This document shows positions 35,286 to 47,706 of a stretch of 54,969 nt of DNA, piece after piece. The position numbers were made by a program, and so were the translations under genes. The first letter of the stretch is position 1, and each line of letters opens with the position of its first letter. The stretch spans positions 79,593,520-79,648,488 of the forward strand of contig NC_068981.1 of assembly GCF_001194135.2 (NCBI RefSeq). Direction: 5' to 3'. This DNA is from Octopus bimaculoides. Its lineage: Eukaryota. The notes beneath the pieces are model-generated. The model worked only from the letters and a program-made list of their open reading frames with translations, ran no database searches and was not told the DNA's origin.

Positions 35286-35890
35286 TTACCTATACGCGTA
35301 CAAATACGCATATATGCATACGCACACATACACACACGCACACGCACGCACACACGCATACACACACACCTTTGCATGTATGTATGTATGCATGTATGTA
35401 TATATATATATGTATGTATGTATGTATGTATCTGTACACACACATTGTTAGTGAGGTAGATCAGTAGGAAGGGTAAATATTTTAAAACAAATTTCGTATC
35501 ATATCCACTATAATAATAATAATGGTTTCAAATTTCGCCACAAGGACAGCCATTTTGGAGGAGAGGATAAGTCGATTACATCGNNNNNNNNNNNNNNNNN
35601 NNNNNNNNNNNNNNNNNNNNNNNNNNNNNNNNNNNNNNNNNNNNNNNNNNNNNNNNNNNNNNNNNNNNNNNNNNNNNNNNNNNNNNNNNNNNNNNNNNNN
35701 NNNNNNNNNNNNNNNNNNNNNNNNNNNNNNNNNNNNNNNNNNNNNNNNNNNNNNNNNNNNNNNNNNNNNNNNNNNNNNNNNNNNNNNNNNNNNNNNNNNN
35801 NNNNNNNNNNNNNNNNNNNNNNNNNNNNNNNNNNNNNNNNNNNNNNNNNNNNNNNNNNNNNNNNNNNNNNNNNNNNNNNNNNNNNNNNNN

Positions 35891-35940
<50 letters not shown>

Positions 35941-35960
35941 TACATACATATACACACATG

Positions 35961-35991
<31 letters not shown>

Positions 35992-36509
35992 CCATACATG
36001 CGTACATACACACACACACATACAAATATAAATACTTATGTGTACACACGTATACACACACACATTGTCAGGTAGATTAGTAGGAAGGGTAGATATTTTA
36101 AAATAGATTTCTCATCATATCCGCTGTAATAATGATACTTCATGTTCCTGCATTTAAATCCTCTCAGGAACACACTTTGCATATCTGAGGTCGATAAAAT
36201 CGCATATACACAAAATTGAAATTATCATTTATTTATTTTTCCCCAAAAACATGTCTAGTCAAGGATTATATTGGTTGGCTGGGTTTTTTTTTTTCTTTTA
36301 CTTCTTTTCTTTTTTTTTTGCCATAGATTTAAGAGTAGTTTCTCATACAGACTGAAAACAATCGGAGACAAAGATATTATTTAAACAATATTGATAGACT
36401 ATCAGCAGGCACTGGATTGTATTCTATGTTCTTTTGTTCTTGAAAACATGTAAAATGTACGGTTTGAATGAAATAAAATCGGAAACAATCTTTCAGATAA
36501 TCATAACAA

Positions 36510-37130
36510 ATTGGAGTGTGATCGTTGTTTGCTCAAGTAGAGTGTAGATCTTGTTTACTCAATTGAAGTATTGTGTTGTCTTTGTTTTTCAGAGTAGAAT
36601 GTAAATCTTGTTTACTCAAATGAAGTTTTGTCTTTGTTTTCTCAAGTGGAGTGTAGGTCTTGTTTGCTCAACTGGAGTATTGTCTTTGTTTACACAAATG
36701 GAGTGTAAGTCTTCTATACTCAACTGAAGTGTATATAAATTTTGTTAAACTGGAGTGTAGGTCTTGTATATTCAATTAATGTGCAGACTATATTTAATTG
36801 GAGAGTTCTTACTTGGAGGGTAGACTTTGTTTAACCATTCGGAGTACAGGGATTGTTTACTCAATCGGGGGAGTAGGTCTTGTTTATTAAATTAGATGTT
36901 GAAGCTTGTTTATTCAATTAAAGGGTAGACTTCGCTTTCTCACTTGGAATATAGGTCTTGTTTACTCAATTAGAGTGTAGAAACTGTCTGATCAACTGGA
37001 GTGTAGAACCTATTCATGCCGTTGGACTGTGGGGTTTCTTTACTCGAAGTCTAAGTCCTTTTTAGACAACGGAATATAGGGACGATTACACAGTTGGAGT
37101 GTAGATCGTAATCGAACTCTGTTTACTTAA
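36510..37130. repeat. Degenerate ~26-bp minisatellite (ggagtgtaggtcttgtttactcaact)
   Basis: About 20-25 imperfect units; ggagtgtag and ttgtttactcaa recur at roughly 22-26 bp spacing. Confidence 0.85.
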
Positions 37131-37375
37131 ATGCAATGATTTGCTGCATGTTTCTTGTCTCTTTCCTTTATCTTTTCTATTTTTTATGATCTTTGACTAA
37201 ATCTGTGGAATTGTTTGACAGCCTTTGTCTGTGGCATCATTTGTTAATTTTTTTCTTTTCTTTTTTTTTTAGGTTTTAGGTATTTATTTTCTGGTATTAA
37301 GTAACTATAGCCTGTGCTACTCAAGGCAGTCCTGGAGTTTTCACCATCAACTTACAAAAAGAACACAACATAATT

Positions 37376-37463
37376 CACTAATTACGTACCGCTCCCCAAA
37401 AGATACACTAATTATGTGCCGCTCCCAAAAAGTGAGTGAAGGGCTGTCCACCCCTCACTCGCT
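37376..37463. repeat. Two 27-bp direct repeats (period 30) followed by a GC-rich hairpin
   Basis: cactaatta(c/t)gt(a/g)ccgctccc(c/a)aaaag twice, then agtgagtgaaggg-ctgtcca-cccctcactcgct. Confidence 0.8.
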
Positions 37464-38049
37464 CACTCCTTTAGTAACGCTTGTATTAACAGCGCTCTGA
37501 ATGATCTACCAATATTATGGCATGCTTCAATATAGTCTGTGACACATCTATTGGCACGAACTTTTCGCCCATCTAAATATAATCGACGATTTGTATTTCA
37601 ACTTTAGCACTGTATCATGTCATCACATACAAGTTTCTTAACTCTCGGTTTATTCATTTTATTCAACTGTCAATAGTAGCATGAGATAGAACAGATTGCT
37701 ACTCTAAGTAGTGGGATCGTTGAATAATTCATGACGACGTCAGCTTTTAGTGTGTTGTTTAAAGATCATCCTGTGAGCAAACAGGAAAGCTTGTATTAGC
37801 CAGACTGCTTAACGTTCTGAGAAACAAGGTAAAAACCAAATACATTTTCTATTAAAAGCTGTAAATAAATTAGGGAGAATAAAAATAAAGCCATAAACCT
37901 TTCCTTTTGATGGGGTCTAGGCAGACAGTATTGGTGTGACGGCAGTGTACTCCGAGTATATCACTTACCCCACTAATTGTCGGGATCCTGCGATTGGATG
38001 GGGATTTAGGCTCTATTAAGCCATGCTTTCCCCATTGCATTTTGTCGCG

Positions 38050-38190
38050 GATCGTCAGTCGACAAAATCTACTCAGTATCTAACTAGTACGAAAGGCAAA
38101 TTTGAACTCTACAATATTTGAGCTCAGAACATAAAGAGTCGGAATAAACGATGCAAGGCATTTTGTCCGACGTTCCAACGATTTTTCTAA
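38050..38190 (-). mobile_element. Degenerate SINE-A
   Basis: tttgagctcagaacataaaga..gcattttgtccgacg. Confidence 0.6.
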
Positions 38191-39794
38191 TCCAATGTTC
38201 TGATATAACATAAAATTAGATAAGATTTAAGCAAATTGTTTGTTTTCACAACTTCTTAAATTTTGAGCTAATATCATTCCTGTCATCTTGATTAAACATT
38301 ATGCGAATATTATTTCCAATAAAAGTTTAACAAAATCTAAGGCCAAAAAGGAAAAACAGTAATCATAAAATTAGTCAACAATCTAAGATCATAGATCAGG
38401 AGTTAAACATCAATTCTATCGAATCGGAAGATTGGAATAAAAGCTGACCTCACTAGAGATAGAGGGTGAAGGAGAAAGGATCTTTAGAAAACTCAGCCAA
38501 CTGGATGAAAATTCTATTTTTAGTTTGGAAATATTCCACTATTTGCATGTTATCAAGAGGAACTCAATTTGAAACGGCATAACTTAAATAAGCTCGAAGC
38601 TAATACGACAATTTTTGAATATTAATATAAATTGTGACTGTGAAGCAGAGACCATTCACTTTGGAATATAACAATATATTGAAAACATTCGTGACTCTAC
38701 AACATTTTTCATTGATTTCTGTAACATTATAAACATTAGAGTTGTCAAGCCTCTAAAATTCATGTATGATTTGTATGCAATGTTTACAATGCTAAAACAA
38801 CAACATCAAGAAACTGGAAGACTAATCTTATTGAGAAGTCTACACTCACAAAGGCATAGGCGAGGATAAGAGTAAACTTCTCAAGTGTAATATGTTTGAT
38901 GAGACAAAAATATATATATCACAGGTTGAGATTGCTTCTAAAAACAAAACTGTGTAACTCCATATAAACTGAATAAATAGAATAATACTACAATATTTTT
39001 TTAAGCAGGTGTATGTTTCAACTGTAGTATAATTGAATGAACCAAAACATTCGTCACAGAAAAGAGCTTCAAAACATATTTATGTGACATACATGATTCA
39101 CAAACGAATACCGACTAGCTGTGTGTATTTGTTTCTGCTTGATGTATATCTAGATGTAAACAATTTTGGAATGTTATATTTGACATTTCAGTAAACAGAG
39201 CTAGGTAAAGAAAAATCTATTCAATCAAAGAGGTCTTCCCGCGCATCCCCACCCACCACTACCAAAAAAAAATCATAGATTTGACATCTGTGAGTCACAT
39301 ACTCAAAACAAAATCCAAACCAAATTAGCTGAAAGACTTCTCAAAGAGCAAATAAAGAAAAAGAAAATCGCTGCTGTGAAGTCCCCAACAACCATTAAGC
39401 TTTTATACAATTTTGGATTCGTTCAGGAAAAGTCGATTGCTTGAATGTGAAGCACAGGTTTCATAGAAAAGTAAAGAGTATTAAAGTAGAAGTTTGCGGT
39501 CAGAACCTTGCAGCTATCACAATTCATAATGATTTCTTACATTGATACGAAGCAGGGAATTTGGATGAAAAGAGAGCACTCGAAAGGGGATAGAACAACA
39601 AAAAAGACGTACTTTGAATTAATGCTCATAAAAACCAAATCTCTCATCGCTAGAATGAGATGGAGAGCAACTACTTTGATAAGAATAAGGGGATCTCGAA
39701 ATCCATGTATGTACGTATGTATGTATATATGTATGTGTGCGTCTTAGTGTTTATATTTCCCCCTCTACCATCGTCACTGTAACTAAATCTGCGG

Positions 39795-39930
39795 TTTAGC
39801 AAAAAAGAGACCAGTAGAATAACTATCAAACTTAAAAATAAGTACTGTGGTTGATTTGTTCGAATAAACCCTTGAAGGTGATACTCCAGCATGGCAACAG
39901 TCCAATGACTGGATCAAGTAAAAGGTAAAA
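39795..39930 (+). mobile_element. SINE 3' part (tail variant D)
   Basis: aagtactgtggttgatttgttcga..ccagcatggcaacagtccaatgactggatcaagtaaaag. Confidence 0.55.
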
Positions 39931-40975
39931 TATAAAACCACAAAAATGTGCGACAATAACCCCCTGTTATACAAAGGCTATGTTGACATTTATTTCCGTT
40001 AAGTAAACCGGGATATTGAAAATTATGATTTTGTCGTCCTTAGATCCCGAGTCATAGTTCTCCAGTTCCTGAGAAGTGATAGCATAAACTCCTGTCCCAG
40101 TTCTTTAGCTGGTCATCTTGTTCTCCTATAGTCGAAAATCTGATTAATAAAGCCGAGAGACAATATAAACTGCCAAACTTTGACCTATTGAGCAATGATC
40201 TTAATAAGATAATAATTTTACTCGTAATTCTAAATAAAAAATTAATTATAAATATAAACGTTGTATATCACAATAATTCCTTGTTATACATTGCCCAGAC
40301 ACTATTTCTTTAATTGGTCGCTAATTGGACCAAGTAGAGTCTCTTAGCTACCTGTCACTCATTCTGTCACTACTTCTCTCATTTAATAACACACACATAC
40401 GCGCACGCACGTACGCACGCGCGCACGCACAGTACATACATAAACTCAAATTCTTGGTCATATCCTGTAATATTATTAACCGTAAAACAAAACTCCAGTC
40501 ACTAACACACTGCAACCAATGATTCACTAATGTGCTGTGTCATCAATATGTCTTTTACCGATACTTCTCTAAACTTGCTGACTGTCTTCCACTCCCTCCC
40601 AAATTTTATCGATAAAATCTGCTTTTCCTTCTTTTGTCACGTCTGTTACATTTTAGCTTAGTATCCTGAAGCAAACATTTTCACAATTCTGCTTCCATAG
40701 AATTGCACCCGGTCGAGAATTCACTCCCTTGATATTGTTATCCCTCCTACTACATGCGCCAGCTTATAGAATTACAAATCAATGCGGGAGGTTCTATGTT
40801 GTTAGCTGAAATGCGAGAAATAAAAACTAAAGCTCATCGCCTTCAAATCATGTCCTCTCATCTTAAAAAAAAAAATGGGTAAGTCACTTTTGGTAATATA
40901 GTTCAAGAGACAAGGTGTCCGGGAAAAAATGAATGGATGACTATTGTTGGAACGCATTTGATGATCGGTCTACAC

Positions 40976-41321
40976 AGGTGTTTCTCAACCATTTTTTATC
41001 TATGGACCCCTTTGTTTACCCTTTTACTCTGGTGAACCCCATAACCGTTTGATGTTTCAAAATAGTTTTATAGAGATGTCTTTCCACATTCTCATTTTGT
41101 TTATCACATATTCACTTGTGTCGGTTGAACTACACAAAACATCATGGAAAGAAATCTAGTTGTTTCTTGCAATTAATACATCTAAGGCAAAATTTTTTCA
41201 TGGACTTTTAAAATACTACAGTAGATTCCCAATTTATTATTTTGCTAGCGTGCCCTCCCCACCCCACCCAAATTTTATATGGATCTTCAGGTGTCATGTG
41301 GACCCCGTTTGAGAAACACTG
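40976..41321. mobile_element. hAT-type MITE
   Basis: Imperfect TIR gtgtttctcaacc / gtttgagaaacac; flanking direct repeat ggtctacaca contains the 8-bp TSD gtctacac. Confidence 0.8.
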
Positions 41322-41509
41322 GTCTACACAATGAGGACTGACATGGAACTAAACTTCTGGTAAATCAAATTACATATTACCAAACCATTCATGTTACCTT
41401 GTCTAGGAATGCCTGCACTAGACCTTTAGGGGACATTTTTGACGAAAGATATTTGCTTTTTATTTTAATTTATTTTTATCATATTTTATTTCTATTTCAG
41501 TGCTGCGAT

Positions 41510-41860
41510 CTGACAAAATTATTACAGGATCGAGGAAAATGCTTTGCAGTATTTCTTCTGACTCTAAACTTTTCAACTCCTGCTGAGATGGACTTTGCCT
41601 TTTATCCTTTCGCAGTCGATAAAATACAGTACTAGTCAAGTACTCGAGTCAATGATATCGACTAACTAGTTCCTCACCAAATTTCTGACCTTGTACCTAA
41701 ATCAGAAACCATTAGCTAAGTTCAAATGCCACTGAGATCAACTTTGCCGTTCATCCTTTCGGAGTCGATAAAATAAAGTAACAATCAAATGTTGGGTTCG
41801 AAGGAATCGACTGGCCCCAACTCTTCTACAAATTGCTATCCTTGTGCCTAAATCAAGAAA
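41510..41860 (+). mobile_element. Two tandem degenerate SINE-A copies
   Basis: Two cores: gactttgccttttatcc and caactttgccgttcatcctttcggagtcgataaa. Confidence 0.75.
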
Positions 41861-42279
41861 CATTTTTATTTTATTTTGATCTTTTTTTTTAAAGTTATGA
41901 CAGCAGCCTTCTTGTAATGAGTCAGCACAGAAAGTAGGAATCAGAAACGGATGAAGTGGTTTCAATCTTGTCTCACAGCTACAGTTTTAATTTGTTTTAG
42001 TCCTGGTGTGGTTGGGTTAACATTCTACTTAATCAAAGATTACGTCAGTTATCATATAGCTGAACAGGTTTATAGGTTCATGCATTATTTGTTCTGCTTT
42101 TGTATTATTACATTCTCCACCACCAACAACCCCACTCCCCTCTCTCTCTCTCTCTTTCTCGCTCTCTCTCGATTTTCGTGACGATAATCATGTTTCCAGA
42201 TTCGCAACATATATTTAATTAGCAATCAAATCAAAATTGAGTGAGGTTTGGCGGTTGTGTGATGTTGATCGTAGCTGTA

Positions 42280-42333
42280 GTAATAATAATAGTGGTGGTA
42301 ATAGCAGTTGTAGCTGTAGTGTGAGTGTCGTCG

Positions 42334-42373
<40 letters not shown>

Positions 42374-42415
42374 CGTCGTCGTTGTCGTCGTGGTAGTGGT
42401 GGTGGTTAGAGTGTG
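42280..42415. repeat. Compound trinucleotide microsatellite (GTT/GTC/GTG/TAA)
   Basis: Seen directly. Confidence 0.9.
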
Positions 42416-42519
42416 AGTGAGAAGAATGAAAAGTAAGCAGCTCATCCGTCATCGTCGAAACTCCCTAATGTGTCAACTTCGATGCACGCAGTACAGACAC
42501 GCACGCAGGCGAGTGCACG

Positions 42520-42578
<59 letters not shown>

Positions 42579-42738
42579 ATACGCACGCACATGCATGCTT
42601 GTGTGTCTGTATACGTTCCATCGATCTCATATTCTTCGGAAAGAATTCAATACTATTTTTAATGGCTATTCCATGTCATTCCTGCTTTATGTCTTAGAAT
42701 GATGTAGGCACGCGAACTTTTCTTGGTTTGCCTGACAG

Positions 42739-42790
<52 letters not shown>

Positions 42791-43144
42791 ATCTCTCCTT
42801 CTCTCTCTCTTTCTCTCTCTCTCTTTCTCTCTCTCTCTTTCTCTCTCTCTCTTTCTCTCTCCTAACTTCCTCTTGTTCTGTCACTCATTTCCCCGCTTTC
42901 TTTCTCGGTTTCTTCTCTCAAGATTTGGATATTTAAAATCTCGTGTATGAATCAGGAATTATTTCAAGTGGTTTATCTTCTCCTTCATGCGGTGTCTTTT
43001 CTATCTTTCATTTCTAGCAGAGACATGTAGTGGATCACAGGAAGAAGGTGTTGTCTCTTTAGTTGGCTCGATTTAGTATGGTTGTTAGTACCGAAGGACT
43101 TGTTCATGTCAATATATCAATATATATATATATACATATATATA

Positions 43145-43636
43145 TGGCAAGACTTCCTTTTGTATCCTCCCCCCCACCAAAAAAAAACACCCTTTTTTTT
43201 ATCTAATTTTTTTTTCTACACAAACCCCCGTTTTCGGCTACGAAGAATACGAACCTGCAAAAAAATTGGCAAAAATCGGCATTTTGAAANNNNNNNNNNN
43301 NNNNNNNNNNNNNNNNNNNNNNNNNNNNNNNNNNNNNNNNNNNNNNNNNNNNNNNNNNNNNNNNNNNNNNNNNNNNNNNNNNNNNNNNNNNNNNNNNNNN
43401 NNNNNNNNNNNNNNNNNNNNNNNNNNNNNNNNNNNNNNNNNNNNNNNNNNNNNNNNNNNNNNNNNNNNNNNNNNNNNNNNNNNNNNNNNNNNNNNNNNNN
43501 NNNNNNNNNNNNNNNNNNNNNNNNNNNNNNNNNNNNNNNNNNNNNNNNNNNNNNNNNNNNNNNNNNNNNNNNNNNNNNNNNNNNNNNNNNNNNNTTTGGC
43601 AATTTTCCGAGAAAATGGTGGGGCAGGAGGAAGTCT

Positions 43637-43641
<5 letters not shown>
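43145..43641. mobile_element. TIR element inserted in (TA)n, centre lost in the gap
   Basis: Left tggcaagacttcct versus right aggaagtcttttca (12 of 14 complementary); (TA)n on both sides. Confidence 0.55.
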
Positions 43642-43677
<36 letters not shown>

Positions 43678-43741
43678 TGTATGTATATATATATATAATG
43701 CAATAGAAGCAATTCTAGATTAAAATCTTTATGTCACGTAC

Positions 43742-43773
43742 CTGATGTATGTGTTTCGTTGATAAGTCAGCGG
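43742..43773 (-). CDS. Candidate 32-nt internal exon (A)ADLSTKHIHQ
   Basis: gattattacag| ... cag|gtacgt. Confidence 0.18.
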
Positions 43774-44039
43774 CTGTAATAATCGTCTCGGAAAAGATCC
43801 CTTTATAGACGTAGTGTGTTAAAAACGCAATGTATGAGAAATATTTAGTCAGTGTGCATTAAATAGATTTCTAGGCTAAATATTAATGCTAAACTTAGTT
43901 GTTTTCCAACCAATAAGTCCGTTGTTCAACACCAGTTCCTGTGCTGGTAGCTTACTGAATGCGATATAAATTCTGTACTGAATGTCAGTCTATTATAGGT
44001 TGCTTAGGCAGCATATTGGTAGCATATTGGTAGATTAGC

Positions 44040-44400
44040 TAGAGCGAAGGAAAAATGCTTTCTTGTACATTGTTTCAGGTCTTTCGAATTTGAGTTCAAA
44101 TTTCGCCAAGCTCAGCATGGCAGAAACGTTAGCCCGCCGGGCGAAATGCCTAGCGGTATTTCGTCTGCCGCTACGTTCTGAGTTCAAATTCCGCCGAGGT
44201 CGACTTTGCCTTTCATCCTTTCGGGATCGATTAAATAAGTACCAGTTACGCACTGGGGTCAATATAATCAACTTAATCCGTTTGTCTGTCCTTGCTTGTC
44301 CCCTCTGTGTGTAGCCCTTTGTGGGCAGTAAAGAAATAAGATCAGTATTGCTTTTCATTCTTTCTAAATCGATAGATAAAGTACAAGTCCAGGACGTCGA
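44040..44400 (+). mobile_element. Young SINE-A (44113-44338, tail 1) nested in an old SINE-A
   Basis: Old head at 44040-44112 and old core after 44340; imperfect TSD aagctcagcat / aagatcagtat. Confidence 0.85.
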
Positions 44401-44459
44401 ACGAGATACTTCCTGATATTTGTTTCAAATCTTTATGTTCTGAGTCCTTGAGTGTAGAT

Positions 44460-44894
44460 TTAATTTTCTGCGTTTTGGCTTAGTTTATTATGTTGCAAGC
44501 ATTCGGACCAGACTTCGGACTTGAGAACAATTATCACCCTTTCTTCCATCTGTCTCCTGGACCTTGAAAGAAAAAGAAAGGTGGATGTTCTAGATACTGT
44601 CTTTTCTCCCTTCTGATTCAACGATAACAAAACAAGGGAGGTGAATTCAGTTCCACAAGTCAACCAAATATTCGAGAATATCTCAATACCATTGCTGTAT
44701 TAAGCGATAGAGCATACTACTCTGCAATATCCGCTTACTGCTGGTTGGACTAGTTCCTTTAGATTTAACTCTCTGCCTGTCCAAAGCATGTTCGTAAGTT
44801 TGTCCGAAACATCCAAGCTTGTTTACAGACATTTAGTTAGCCCTTTTTTCATACATTCTGAGTAATATAAAGCTTTTCTTTCATAAGTCCCAAG
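44460..44894 (-). pseudogene. Decayed reading frame of unknown origin
   Basis: 145 codons with only 2 internal stops; partly duplicated at 50745-50960. Confidence 0.4.
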
Positions 44895-45111
44895 TCACTC
44901 TAATGGATGAAAAAACCGTATATGATGCATGGACGCCCAGAAAATATATCCTATGTATCACATACGATACACAGAACAAGCAAAGGGTTAAGTGTTTTTA
45001 CTAAAACAATGAAACTACAGTGGCAGAATAGCAACCGACTTCTCATCTGGTTGTTTCTTACTATTTCATTCAGTCACTTTTACCGTTCTTCAGATCAAAG
45101 AGAGTACATAC

Positions 45112-45214
45112 GTAATCGCTGCAAAGTGATTTCAATCTTTGTAGAGAGCCAGTCATTAGCTGCTACGTAAGCAGACTTGCGAGCGTTCGCGTTTAGGTTT
45201 TTATACATGCAGTT
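45112..45214 (-). CDS. Candidate 103-nt exon NCMYKNLNANARKSAYVAANDWLSTKIEITLQRL
   Basis: cagattctacag| ... tac|gtatgt; acceptor tract is weak. Confidence 0.15.
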
Positions 45215-46574
45215 CTGTAGAATCTGATGTAATATCTCACTTGAAGGAATATATCTAACGTATTTTGTTTAGTCAGAAGGCTCAGTTTTATCAGGTGGCT
45301 AATACTTAGTAGGTTATATTATACAGAAAAATTAGAAACAAATTACGAACGATAATGGGGATTTAGATGTACGATGGACGAGACCAGACGTAATACAACT
45401 TGCAAAAAGAAGTTTTAAATTTAATAATAAACACCAGCATCCATCCATTCTGTGTGTTTGCTTATTTTCTATTAAATTATCTTTGAGCTACCAGGGTACA
45501 ATCAGGACCTACCACGATTTAATAAATATGGAAAGCAAAATCGAACACCATAAGATTCGTGCTAAAACGTAGAGGAACAGAATTAAAGTGTGTAAGAAAA
45601 CATTTTGTCGATATTTTGTATTCTCTAGCCACTCCTGGTGCAAACTTATTGTTTAAAGAGTATTATGCTCAGATAACTGCTCTTCAGTTAATAAGCATAC
45701 ACAATAGCCGGACCTGTGGAAATTCCATGGGAAACATCACTTATTCATCTTCCCTTTGCAGTCACATTAATGAAGTGAAAGAAATATAACACTCAAAGCA
45801 GAACACAATATCACCCCTACCCCCACCACTACCATGACAACCTACAAAACAAAAAAGCAAACAAACAAATAACTATTCCCACCNNNNNNNNNNNNNNNNN
45901 NNNNNNNNNNNNNNNNNNNNNNNNNNNNNNNNNNNNNNNNNNNNNNNNNNNNNNNNNNNNNNNNNNNNNNNNNNNNNNNNNNNNNNNNNNNNNNNNNNNN
46001 NNNNNNNNNNNNNNNNNNNNNNNNNNNNNNNNNNCTACTAATACTGCCAGCAGCAAACAAACAAACGACCGTTACAAAGTGTAACAGTTACCTTTTGAAT
46101 ATTGAAATTCATGAAGACACTGTCCAGATTCAATTTTCGCATGCGTTAAAATCGTGAATAATTTCTTTTCTTTTTTTTTTATCGCCAAATAAAAAATAAA
46201 AAATTCGCCGTCGTTTCTTTAACATAATCTCAGAATACATGTGTGCAGTATTATGTTAGCATTTTGTAGCTCACATTTTAAAATTCGAATGTCAGCTAAT
46301 GTTTCAAGGTTTTTGACAATGTACTATGTATATATACATGCATATATGTGTATATTTAAATCACTCAGAACTTATTTTAACTAAGTCTGTAGACGTTTGA
46401 CCGCCTTCTATTTTAATGCGACAAATGCATGTCTAAAGTAATTTCTCATAGTTAAGGTTCTATTACAATCTGACATATCAAACTTGAAATCATTAATGTA
46501 CATCACATATTTACGAGTAAATTTCAAATTTTACTCAACAACAGTGAAATTTCTTTGCGGTTTACGGGAAATGT

Positions 46575-47060
46575 ATTATTGGTTTCAAATTTAGGAACAA
46601 TGCCAGTTATTACAGGGAAGGGAGGGATCTTTCTGATTTGGCGGGCACCACTTGTTTTCTGAACGAAACATTTTCAAACTTGGGACACTGGTAGAATGTG
46701 TCATATAAAACATCCTTTACTCTTACAATTTTTTACATGAAATAACTTGGAATACAAAATTTTTTATCTGTTCTATAACACAAAATATACAAGTATACGA
46801 AGTTTGAAAGTGTTTCGGTAGAAAACACACTGAATAAAACATAAATGAAAAATTGCCACCCGCCAAATCAGAAAGATCCGAAGAGAGTAAGTCGATTATT
46901 TGAATCGACAGTGCTCAACTGGTACTTATGTTATCGATTTCGAAAGGATGAAAGGTAATGTCAACCTTAGTGGAATTTGAACGCAAAACGAAAAGGCGGG
47001 CGAAATGTCGCTAAAGATTTTTGTCCGGTGTGCTAACGACTCTGCCAGCTCGCCACCTTA
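46575..47060 (-). mobile_element. SINE-A interrupted by a MITE
   Basis: Tail at 46575-46624; core and head at 46880-47060. Confidence 0.85.
46625..46879. mobile_element. 255-bp MITE
   Basis: Perfect 21-bp TIR ggatctttctgatttggcggg / cccgccaaatcagaaagatcc; 8-bp TSD gaagggag / gaagagag. Confidence 0.92.
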
Positions 47061-47109
47061 ACGTAAATATCTTATTAAAAGACATAGCATTATCAATGCT
47101 GCTACTTAC

Positions 47110-47143
47110 CAATAAGCAGCACAACGACTATAATAAATGTCAT
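47110..47143 (-). CDS. Candidate first exon MTFIIVVVLLI (signal-peptide-like)
   Basis: ATG, hydrophobic run and consensus donor ttg|gtaagt; it lies in low-complexity sequence. Confidence 0.15.
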
Positions 47144-47458
47144 CTCTCTCTCTCTCTCCATTCCCATTATCATCATCATCATCACCATAGCCAACACCTC
47201 TACTATGATTACCAACAATCTGAGTTTCTTCTTTTAACGTGGCGGTCTTCTTACATCAAAGATATAACAGGCAGGTGGAACAATGAGTAATATTTGCTAC
47301 ATTTTTGACTTTGAGAATTTATTTATTTAATTTTTTTACACTGTTTACTACCTAACAAAAACTGTATCAGCTAAGCATTAAAAACACTGTAACATATTCA
47401 AAACACTATTTCAGAAAATTAGCACTGTTCTCTTTGAGCATACAAAAGACAAATTTCG

Positions 47459-47670
47459 GTGGGGCAAAATGAGTAAGACAAAATAAAATAAATTTGATTT
47501 TTTGGTTTTCTAGTTACATTTGAAAACGTCTTACACACCAATATCTATTCTTAGACATCAAGCAGATCAAAATTGCAACAAAAACTTTAAATATCTTGGC
47601 CAAGTGAAAGAGGATCAAGAAGGGGTGGTGCGTGATGTGAAATTAGCCATTACTCACTTTGCCCCACTTT

Positions 47671-47706
<36 letters not shown>

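Noticed and set aside
36510-37130. CRISPR-like periodicity
   Set aside because: Units are degenerate, lack unique spacers and cas genes, and the context is eukaryotic
42215-42445. Mucin-like poly-Thr ORF
   Set aside because: Fully explained by a compound trinucleotide microsatellite, with no supporting exon structure
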